NCBI GenBank assembly: GCA_028023455.1
Contig: JAQFVV010000010.1
Span: 11,408,001 to 11,472,000, forward strand
Source: Epiperipatus broadwayi
Taxonomy: Eukaryota > Animalia > Onychophora
DNA: 64,000 nucleotides
Direction of reading: 5' to 3'
The notes under the pieces are model-generated. The model was not told the origin of the DNA. It searched no databases and saw only the letters and a program-made list of their open reading frames with translations. The translations under genes were made by a program, and so were the position numbers. Shown piece by piece: positions 12,101-24,100 of this stretch. Numbering within the stretch: the stretch's first letter is position 1; the number at the start of each line of letters is the position of its first letter.

Positions 12101-15100
12101 CGATCAGATTAGTAGATTAGGAGATAAAAAGAAACGTGCACGTGCAAAAGAGTGTGAAAGAATAAGAACGTCTGTATAAACACCAAAACACTTTTACACC
12201 TATTTCTAAGGACTATAGATTGCCAGCTTTATTGTTTGTGTTATCTGTATCTAGATAAGGAAGTGGTGCTTGGATGTAATAAAAGTAACAATTGATCCTA
12301 AGTTTTTTTTTTATTAATTGCGACAGACCATCAAACTTGTGAAGCTTTGATTTTTATTTCAAGATAAGATTTCCAGGTGGTTCTTTTCTTTGATTAAGAT
12401 TCGCAATATAAATGAATGAAACAATATTTAGGGACGCTCAGTTTTTCATTATTATTAAACAGAGATGTAGCGATCAGTCAGTTTTTTCAATTTTTAGTGG
12501 GCAGTCAATTTTTTCAATGTTATTGAACGAGAGATGTGGCAGTCAGTTTTTTTAATATGATGAGAGAAGAGATGTAAGCTCTGATTTTTTTTTTCAAAAG
12601 AGAGTGAGCGATTTTTTTTTTACTCTTTAAAAGTTGAGGAAGAAAAAAAAAGACTGTTGTTTTAAAGTCAGTATAGACGAAGATGTGCGTATATATAAGT
12701 AATTCCCAGCAAGATTAAGATAAAGAAAAAATGGAACAAAATTGAATTTCTTGGAAGAAGTTATTAACAGTTTTATGAAATGATATTAATATATTTTGCT
12801 GTGTATAATACAATGAATTTGCATTGCTAAAACCATTTTTTCTGCTTCCTGGAATAATACAGAATGGGTTAAAATCACTGATCTGTCTATGGACTCATAT
12901 ACCAGTCAAATAATAACCAACAAAATGATCGAGTTTAAAGCCAACCACACAAGCTATTTGAAATGCTTCTTTTCTGGCTCCTGGTCCATTATAGGCTCAT
13001 TATCTTTGGATGGAGGGAGAAGGCGAAGGAAGAGGAAAAGAAAATTGTATAAAGGCCTTATAACTAGGTTTGATTAAGCTATCAACCAAATTTTTTGTTA
13101 GAATTTTCCTCATAGTTATCTAGAGTGTCTACAACAATTCTGTTTGAAATGGAAGAGACAAGCAAATCCACCAGTTCATACTTATCTAAAATTTTTGTAC
13201 TTGTAATAACTCTTTTTGAAACAATTAGAAGCAAGCCAGTCAACGAATTCAGCATTATCAAAAGCATCAACAATAAATAATTTTAAAATTGTGGAAACAA
13301 GCAAGTCAATTAATTCATGTTTATTTTAAAAGTATCTGCAAGAACTTTTCTTTTTTTTTTTAAATGGAGCAAAGACAAGCAGTCTGAAAATTCAAACTCG
13401 GGACATTTATAAGAAGTGAAAGTAATTGGGTAACTATGAACTTTCCTTAACAGATCTTTTATTCTTACTTATTAAAAGTAAACCTTAATTTATTGTTCAA
13501 AGCCTTTTTTTTCTCTTTGATACAGAAACATTAAAGTCTTGTTTATCGATAGTTATTCTCAATATCACATAACATAACACAAACACAGTTTAAATCTTTA
13601 AACTTAAATTTTCATTATTTTTTTTCATAATTTTTTTTTTATATTATATATTGTAATATTGAAATGTTTTTTTTTTTATTGTTCTTCATTTGTTATGATA
13701 ATGAGCAACCTATAAATATATGCATTTAGTGTTTTTTTTATATTTTATTTTGTTGCATATTAAAATTGATATAATGTATTTTCTTTTCTTTTGCTGAAGG
13801 TTGCAAGAATATTTTTTTATATATGTGATTTATGTATTAACTCTAATATAAAGGAACACATTTTAGAAATATATGTTGGCATATCACAGGGTGTGTGCAT
13901 GTGTAACTGCTTATACAAACATGTCAAAAGAATAGGTTATACATAATTACTTTAAGTATGAGAAATTATAAAGCAAGGCTTATATATGAATGGAAGTGAA
14001 ATAAAACACAAGTTACATATGAAATTTATTTTTATGATATAATAAGTTAGGAAAGTCTTAAGTAAGCATTCCATGAAATATATTTTTTTAAATGTCATTT
14101 TAAGCCAGCTTATTTTAAAATTATCCAAAATGACGAACTTGTATATAAAATTTTGTATTAGTTCTATATTGAATTAATGTAATAATAAGCCATTTATCTA
14201 ATTAGTAAATTTGATTTTAAAGAAAGAAAGAGTAATAGTATTAATAAAAATATAATTATATACCTTAATTAGTTTCGAGTTGTTATTAAAAATATTGTTG
14301 TGTTTTTCTTGTCTTAATTCTATCATTTTAATTCATCATCATCGCTCGCAGATATTAAGAATCATCATTCGTAAATATTGAGCAATCACTTGCAAATATT
14401 AAGCACTCGCAAAATATTAAGTAAACTAGAACGTTCATTTACCTTTAAGTATTTAGGATTATGCTTGATAATAACCAAGTTTTAATAATTATAGTTCAAC
14501 AATAGAAAGCTAAAATTATGTTGTGTCCATGAGTTTTGATCATCCTCATCAAAGATGGATATTGCATTATTGATTAAAACACCTTTTAAACATGGTACTG
14601 TACATGAGTTATGATTGCCATCATCATTAATAAATTATAATCATTAAATCTAATGTTTAACATAATTAATATATTTAGTAAATAAGGATTTGTGGAAAGT
14701 TGAATATCATGCATAGAGATTCGTGATGATCAGTCATCATCACTAGTATTATTAAATCCTAGTTTTAACTATAAAAGTATTTTAGTAAATAAACATAAAC
14801 TTATATAAATGCTAGTGAATGTAATAATTAAATCCCAGTTTGACATGGGATGATTTTAGAAAGTCCTCATGAGTTTATAAAGATAAATTTATTGTTGTGA
14901 GTTTATTAATAAGCTATGGCTGGTATCATCACTATTACTATTATTATCATCACTATTATTATGATATTATTGTCATCATCATTATTACCTTTATATTGTG
15001 ATAAATAATCTAGTTAAATGGCCATCAATATCAATAATGGTCTTCACGATGCTTGTTTAGAAGCCATTAATAAGATTATACTTGTCTGTTCATCAATATA

Positions 15101-18100
15101 CATAAAATGAGCTAGCAATGTCTATTAGAGTCTTGATCTACATAAAATTTTGGTAATATTGGGATCTTATGATTTTATTGACATGAGTAAAAAATAAGAG
15201 TGTCATTTTTTTTCATTAGTCATCCAAGTCATGTGTGATAAAAATGTACCGAATGAGTTTGAACTCAGTACACTCTAAACAGATATTTATCTAGATTTAA
15301 AACAATCTAGTGGCACTCGTGGGAAAACACATATACTTAGCTAAACTGAATAAAAAGTGATCCCATCCCTTTTCCAACTTATTAACTTTGTGTAATATGT
15401 TTTATAAGTTGTCATGAATAGCACCAGTGTGTGTGTGTGACCATGAATGGTCTTATATGGTTGGAAAGAAGAATAGAAAGGATTCTTTGTTAAAAGAACC
15501 TAGTATGGGAGATAAGCATAATGCACTCCAGGAATCTCAAAGTGGGTAATTTTATTCAGATGCTATATTTAATATTATTTTTATTTGATGAAAATGGCCA
15601 GTATGTTTTATTGTTCAAATGACTTCCCCAATATCTAAATATCATTAGATATTTAATGACGATAGTTTTAATTTTCATTGTTGTTATTTTAAGTATTAAG
15701 AAATGAGATAATTTATTTATTTCATTACTAATGTGACAGAATTAATGTATAGGATAGTTGCAATCGGGCTATAATGTTATATTTAATTAATTAGAAATAG
15801 ACACTCAAATAGAGCATGATATGCATATATTCTTATTTATATGTTAGCGTCATCCTTGTTTAATTATAAATTGTATTTTAGCTAACACAGTGAATTCATT
15901 TCTCATTGAATTTACTCGGTTACAAATGATGAACCGCTGAAGCATATCATTATCCTGTTTAGTGTTTAGTTATTGAATTATAGCAACTATCATTTTATCA
16001 CTCATCAATATATAGATTGTAATCAGTTATAAAGTAATAGCCTTTTATCAACCTTTTTGTCAGTTCATCTTTATTTATTCATACTGTTACAAATGACAGA
16101 TTACAAATGTATATTTTAATAATTAATAATTGCTTCTAATATTAATTTAAGTTACAAATGGTGCCCAATGTGGGGCACGATTTATAACAGAATTAATAAT
16201 CAATTTCTATTTTTATTAATTCTGTTATAGTATATATAGTTGGTAATAAGACCAGATTTAAAATAATTTCAGTCAATTATTTGTCATGGTTATTTAGTTG
16301 TTGTTTTTTTAATTTAACGTTTATGTATAATTTATTAGTAAATTAATGTTTTTGTATAATTTGTTAGTAAATTAGAATACTATTATTAATATATTGCTAT
16401 TTGATATGGACCAAAAAGGTAAATATAATTTTTAAATGAATGCTAGAATAGTTTTAATAATAAATAGAATACTAAATAATCAGATTAATGATATTTTTTG
16501 GCACACATAAAAATGTTTATAAAATAATTTGCAAAATCTGTTTATGTCTTTATAAGAAGACTATTTGGTAATATTTTCAAAAGAAACACAGCTTAGGGTG
16601 GAAATCATAAAAATGAAATCCAATGTAAAATTTATAATTTTGATATGAGTATGTTAAATTATTGTAAGTAATTGATCAGATAATAAGAAAAGAAAGCACT
16701 TGAGTTCAAAATCTCAGAAGTGAGTTGATGGTAGATAATTATTCACCAGGAGTTAGCAGGAAGAAGATTATTTTTCAATAAATAAAAGTACTCTTATATT
16801 CAGCTTCAACACTAGAACATCCAGGTGGATGATGAGCACAAAAATTGTTTCAGTCAATTTATAAAAATATTTTTTCCCCCTAGCTAATAGCATCATTCAA
16901 AAATTTTTATTTTCAAGTGATCCACTCCATCATCATCCACTATTGCTAAAATATATTTGCTACTTGCATAGAAACTGAGAAAAAAATATAATGGAAATAC
17001 AAAATACAAAGTTTATATAACTGAAAGACATAATGAATAACTGATTTATGACAATAATAATTCTTAGATTATTGTAACACATCAAAAATTGTAAGAAAAG
17101 ATACTTGTTTGAAACAAACATTTTAAAATTATTTTTATAAAATAAGTATTTACTTTATTATGAAAGAATATCTGAAATATAAAATATAATTATGCATAAT
17201 TAGGTAATAGCTTTGAATAAAATATGTGTTTATGGTTTGGGGTTGAAAAGTATGAAGTTCAAAAACAATTTCTAAAAAGTAACTCAATTGTATGCATCAA
17301 AGAGGATAAAGGCAATAGATTCGTCTTGATCTCAAGAGCTGAGTATACAAACAAAATGGAAGAACAGATCAATAAACTTAAGTTCACATGCATAACTGAA
17401 AACAATAATAAAATCAACAAAGATAGATTTATATCCAATATATTAAGGTCTCACAAAGATAAAACATTGTCTAGGGCTGAATATTTTTGAATATATCCAT
17501 CATCTTCCATACCTCCTAGAATGTTTGCCAACATAAAATTGCATAAAGAAAACTCTCCTCTTAGATTAATGCTCGACTTTGGAGGCATCCACTATTTCCA
17601 AACTGCAAAAATGATTAACCTATGGCTTATAGATTCCCTGGGATTTGGAAACCATACTATCAAATCTTCATTTGAATTCGTGGAAAGAAAAAATGCTAAA
17701 ATAAATTTGGAACACAAAATGACTGTATGCGATGTTAATGAACTTTATGGCTCTATTAACAGAAATAAATCCATTACCATCATCAAAGATGAATTAATTA
17801 AGAAAAATTATCCAAAAAAACGAATTGATTTTATAATAGAATTTTTGAAGTGGCTGGATAACAACATAGTTGTTAAATTTGAAAACAAATGGTATGTGAT
17901 GAATGATGGTTGGCCCATGGGACTGCCTATGAGTGGAGTTGTTGCTAGTGTTGTCATAAACCATTATGAGAACCAAATTCTTCCAAAATATTTCACAACG
18001 GATCCAACTTTCATATACTCTCGACATGTTGATGACATTTTTATTGCAGCAAAACCTTCCACCACTATTAACATACAAAATAAATTTCAAGCCATCTCAG

Positions 18101-21100
18101 GATTAACCTTTAGAAGAACAGAGGAAAACAAGGAACAAGAAATAAAATACCTAGACTTGTTAATAGAAAGAGAGAATACACACTTGGATTATAAAATGAT
18201 GATTAAACCACTGAACATACGAGGTTACACAAGTCCAAAATCTAACACCCCTAACACATATAAATGGGCAGGTATGAATGCGTTCCTTTTTAGAAATCAC
18301 CAATTATGTAAATATATAGCGGATAGGAAAAACAATATAAACAAATATACAAAGAAAATGACTAACATAGGCTTCAAACCTAATACAATCAATCAGAAAA
18401 TAAAAATATTTTATAGAAAACTAAGATATACATTGCCTAAAGGCAATATGAAATACCTAACAATTCCTTTTATACCTAATATAACACCAAATATTGCAAA
18501 AACATTGGCTAACAATTTTAAATTTAGCTTCAAAACACCTCCCAATACTAACCGGCTGATAAATAATGCTAAAGATAAAACAGATAGAGATCAAGCCCCT
18601 CATGTGGTCTATAAAATGGCATGCCCTCAATTAGGCTGCCATGCATCATATTATGGTGAGACTCGGGCTAACCTGAACACAAGAATTTATCAACATAGGT
18701 ATGTCTACAATAGGGTCAAAAATAAAAATGAAGGATCATCAGTATTCTGGGACCACCAAGCAGCTACAGGCCATGTATTTGAACCTAGTTCTGCCCAAAT
18801 AATTTGTACAGAAAAAAATGACGCCAAAAGAAAAGTTAAAGAAGCTTTCTAAATAGCAAATGACCTTAATGCCATTAATAGAAGAGAGGCATGTTTTGCT
18901 CTCTCTAAACAATGGACTAATTAAAAATTCAAACGCATTTGCAAAATCATAACAATTGTTAGTTACAAAGCTATGAGTATGAGATTCAAACATGAAATCT
19001 CGAAAGCGCTTAGCAAAGCTATTATAAAACAGGCAAAACTCACTATACGTATGCCACACACAGCAAGCTAGAGTAATCAATGGATGCCAGAAGGCTTGTG
19101 CATAAAATCCCCATCTAGTGCCTACTCATCCAACATCCCCAGACTAGTTTCTGGCTTGTGGCCTTCGTCAGTGAGGAGCCTTGGATCTGAGAGCATTTCA
19201 TCTAGATCTTAGGATCTAATGCAACCCTCCAGCAACTACCTTTTATCTCCATTTAACAACAAAACTACGAGTCTTAAACTGAAAACATCTTAATGTTTCC
19301 AATTCAAGCCCATCAGCTTATGTAGTTATATGTGTCTGAACCCAGTTCAGTTCCCATACATTTTGGTGTCTTTGGTTCTTTAATAACCATAGCCACCAAT
19401 ATCCTATTAGGCAGGATCAGTTCTAAGCCAATAAACATCACATGACCACCATCTCTTATGCTTGTGTATAACTGTTGTTAAAACAGGCAAAACTCACTAT
19501 ATGTATGCCACACACAGCAAGCTAGAGTAATCAATGGATGCCAGAAGGCTTGTGCATAAAATCCCCATCTAGTGCCTACTCATCCAATATCCCCAGACTA
19601 GTTTCTGGCTTGTGGCCTTCGTCAGTGAGGAGCCTTGGATCTGAGAGCACTGCATCTAGATCTTAGGATCTAATGCAACCCTCCAGCAACCACCTTTTAT
19701 CTCCATTTAACTACAAAACTATGAGTCTTAAACTGAAAACATCTTAATGTTTCCAATTCAAGCCCATCAGCTTATGTAGTTATATGAGTCTGAACCCAGT
19801 TCAGTTCCCATACATTTTGGTGTCTTTGGTTCTTTAATAACCATAGCCACCAATATCCTATTAGGCAGGATGTATGGAAACAGAGCTGGGTTCAGACCGA
19901 TATAACTACATAAGCTGATGGGCTTGAATTGGAAACATTAAGATGTTTTCAGTTTAAGACTCATAGTTTTGTAGTTAAATGGAGATAAAAGGTGGTTGCT
20001 GGAGGGTTGCATTAGATCCTAAGATCTAGATGAAGTGCTCTCAGATCCAAGGCTCCTCACTGACGAAGGCCACAAGCCAGAAACTAGTCTGGGGATATTG
20101 GATGAGTAGGCACTAGATGGGGATTTTATGCACAAGCCTTCTGGCATCCATTGATTACTCTAGCTTGCTGTGTGTGGCATACGTATAGTGAGTTTTGCCT
20201 GTTTTAACAACAGTTATACACAAGCATAAGAGATGGTGGTCATGTGATGTTCAAAGCTATTATGAATTAGAGTAAAATTATAGCTTCACTATTTTATGCG
20301 AAAAAGTCGCATACTTATAATTACAATTTTACTAGTGAAGAGAAAAACAATTTATTATTAAAAGACTGTATATAATAGTTAATTACCGTTATATTTATTA
20401 TTTTTATTGATATACATAAATTTGTATATTCATCATTACTATTATTCTGCTGTTAAATTAATAAAAAATTATATGATTATTATAAATTTAATTCTTTATG
20501 AAACCTTGTAAAACTATTAATGCTAGCAGGCTAACTTGAAGCATATGCCAATGCTAATTTTATTGATGATAGTTTAATGACTTTTTTTACAACGACAAAA
20601 AGTTTTAAATATACATGTTATAAGCAGAAAAATATATACAAAGAAAAAATGAATTATAAACACAAATAGCATTTAAAAAAATGTCATTTAGATGCTTTCT
20701 CAAAGCATCTTCAAACTTTAAAAAAAAGCAGATTTCATGATTGTAGTTAGTGTAAACTTGTCTGTAAATCTCCTACAGTTATTGTAATTTAATAATACAC
20801 GAACAGTGGAAAATTTTTATTTTTCATGAGATTAAATTTTAAAACTTCTCTCGATATTTTGTTTACTATTTATATCCAATACAATAGTAGTCATCTTACC
20901 TTTATTAAGAGGAACAATAAGAAAACAACTTGCAGCCTGACGTGGAACATATGTCATGTGTTGTTTTTTCAGTTGAAGTACATTAGAAAAGACGTAATTA
21001 TGAAAATGCTCTAAAATTTTTAATTCTCTTGAATCAAGTGTCAAACTATCTGTCACAAGTTTTAAATCGGCAGCCACTTCTCCTGATCGAGTAAAAACTG

Positions 21101-24100
21101 GAAATTCTGGAATCTTAATAAAGAAAAAAAAATGCTGCAATTTAATCATATACTATTATGAACATAATCAATTATAAAATTTATTTTTTAAAGAACTAAA
21201 CTTATAATATATAAATTATATTTATCACTGAATATCTTATTTTCCAATGAATTCTGTAAACAAAGCATTAACCTTTCGATTCTCATTTTTTGATAAAACC
21301 TTTTGGAGACTATAATATAGGAATATAATTTATGGCATTACTATACTATTCTAATAACAATCGGAACATATAAATGAAATTTATCCAATACTTTGAACAT
21401 GTTTTAGCAAAAATCTTTTATTGTACTTATATGCATACATAATCTTATGTTTCAACTGCCCTGCTGCAAAATAAGGAAAATGGTGAATTTGGTTAATATT
21501 TTTAATCGGAATAATAGAAGACACATAATTGTAATCTCACCATAAATGTACAAAAGATAAGCCAATTAAAACTAAGAAGTCTAGCAAACCACTTGAATTA
21601 TGGAAGTTAATGTAGCTCTAGTTATTGATCAGAGAGAACATCTATGTTATTTATTAGTGCTTCCTGGTCTGATGCTGCAGGTTGTTTAGTGTCTGAAGGT
21701 ATTAATTCCAACTCTTAAGTTGAAAGAATTTATCATCTTATACATATCTGTAATGAAATTAAATCCCAAAAAAAAACTTACAGAAAATTATATGAATTTT
21801 GTTCCTAATTATTACAAGGCATAGACAAGCTTGATCACAGGATAACTTTTTTAATGCCTATGAGTTTAAATCATACATACACTATTATATCTTTGATAAA
21901 ACCTTAGTTACTATTGCTGAAAATGTATGGATATTTATTTAACAGTCTGAATTATTTCATATATCACATATCTATTGTTTATTTATTAAACCATCTTTAA
22001 ATGCATTTCCATCAATTCCAGATTCCCTATATATGATTCTATTATAATGTATATGATTAATTTTGAGGTGTGCATGAGAGCGAATACATACAAACATTTT
22101 AAATAATACTATATAAGTTTAATTTGCACATACCAATGTGAAAAATACACAGATAAACCTAAGCACATAGAAGCAGAATAAATATTTAAAAAAAGTGTAA
22201 ATTCATCAGATATCACAAGTCAAAAGAATATTTTGAAGAATTGTAGCACATCAATAATGTAGCAAAATAATATTATTTTATAAACATTCTAGCCAGAATA
22301 ACATATTATTTTAGAACTGCTTAATATCCCTAACATGTAAAAATAATTAGGAATGAGGTTGACTTGATTTTATTATCTAACAAGATATACCTGGCCTATG
22401 TAAATACTGTCTTTTTTTTTTAACTGGTTGCTTTAACAAAATTTTTTTAAAGATTAATAGGATGGGGTGATTGGCGAAGGTGGAGGATCTGAAAATCATC
22501 CCCAAAATAAAATAAATATTTCAATTAAAATAATTTAATATAAATTTAAAATACATAAGTATAAAAAATCATATTTAAGATATTAATGTAATTAAGTAGG
22601 ATATTAATGTTTCTATCTCAAAATTATATAAAAGTAAGCTATATATATATATATATTACAAGAGAGCATGAGACCAAAAGATCTCTGAGAGATAAGTCCA
22701 GTTAATTCCTTAGAGCAACTATAAGTATAATTAACCAAATTCACCAGCATTATCAAAAAGTAAAAATAAGTTTAAGTAATACTCATCATTATGAGTGACC
22801 AATAATAAAATAAATCAACAGTCAATCTTGTGACTGAATTTGAAATTGGTCTATTGTAAACCAGACCTACTATTTATATTTAGTCTTTGCCAGCTTGGGC
22901 AATGCTAATCCCATAGAATATATAACTAGAAAAAAACAATAATGCTAGGATATTAAAACATGCTGATCATCATCAATGTTCTGGCCACTTAGTACCATTA
23001 GTATACTTGCCATATATAAATTTAATTTCTAATAGACTAAACTAAATAAAATGTAATGCAGGGGCTTTAAAGAATAATATCTTATGTGCCAACCAGAATG
23101 ATGATGATTTATCATCACTGGATGCCCAAAAGCACTAAAATACATCCCCATTCATATAATTAGGCCATTATGCATGAATCTAGCTCAGAAGAACACAAGC
23201 TAAAATAGAGTTATAGTGATAAAGATGATGATACAGTAAATAATATGATTTAAAAACCATTTAAAAGTCACTGGAATAATTTTAACAATTAAATACAAGT
23301 TTATTAACAACAACAAAAAAGTAATAAAATTAATGTCTCTAGAATATGGCTATACACATATGCCTTCTGATCTTGATTAACATAATACCAAAAAAATTAC
23401 ATGGTGGTTTACATGATTAATATACAAAATTCATGTTACTATATAGTGGTTAACATATAACACATATATGGGCACAGCTGCATGTTTTATTATTATATGA
23501 ATATATTTCAATTGACATTCAATAATGTCGAAAAAAAGATTAAATTTTACATGTGTCTATTTGACACTCATTCATATATGCACAGACATGTGCAGTACAA
23601 TTGATTTATAGTTCAATCACTATATAAATATAATAAATGATTAAAATTTTTGAGTTATATTTTTAATACAAATACTCTATGCTGGGTTTACTTAAACAGC
23701 ATATAGATATCCGCATATCAGATTAACATAAATTTAATTTTGTCAAAACAATAAATGACAATAATTTTTATAATAACAAATTCTATTTTGAATATATATA
23801 AAATTTACATATATACATATACATCAATAAAAAAAACCAGCTTAACAAACTCTATCACAGCTTTCTTTTTAAAATAATAGTCAATTTTTGACAGGTTAGA
23901 AAAATTCTTTTTTTTCTTCAGGTTATTCTTAATTAATTATAAAGCTTTTAGAATCGGCTTTAAATTAATCTAAAAAGATTTGTTTTGGTCAATGAATTCA
24001 ATCATTTCATTCACTCAAAATTTTACTTGCTTTCTTTTAAAATACATATCTTTAAATGTCATCTTTAAGGAATATTAAAAATAATTTTTTCAATAATATA

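Larger units (their letters stand above)
19026..20251. mobile_element. Retrozyme-like hammerhead repeat array: ~1.9 tandem 454-bp units (ribozyme on - strand) plus an inverted partial unit; 12-bp TSD
   Basis: Landmarks repeat at +454 (19030/19484 and 19161/19615). Arms 19434-19799 and 19886-20251 are reverse complements. CAAAGCTATTAT flanks both ends (19014-19025 and 20252-20263). Confidence 0.9.

Noticed and set aside
19026-20251. CRISPR array or ordinary satellite
   Set aside because: Eukaryotic context, 454-bp units without unique spacers, dispersed copies with TSDs.
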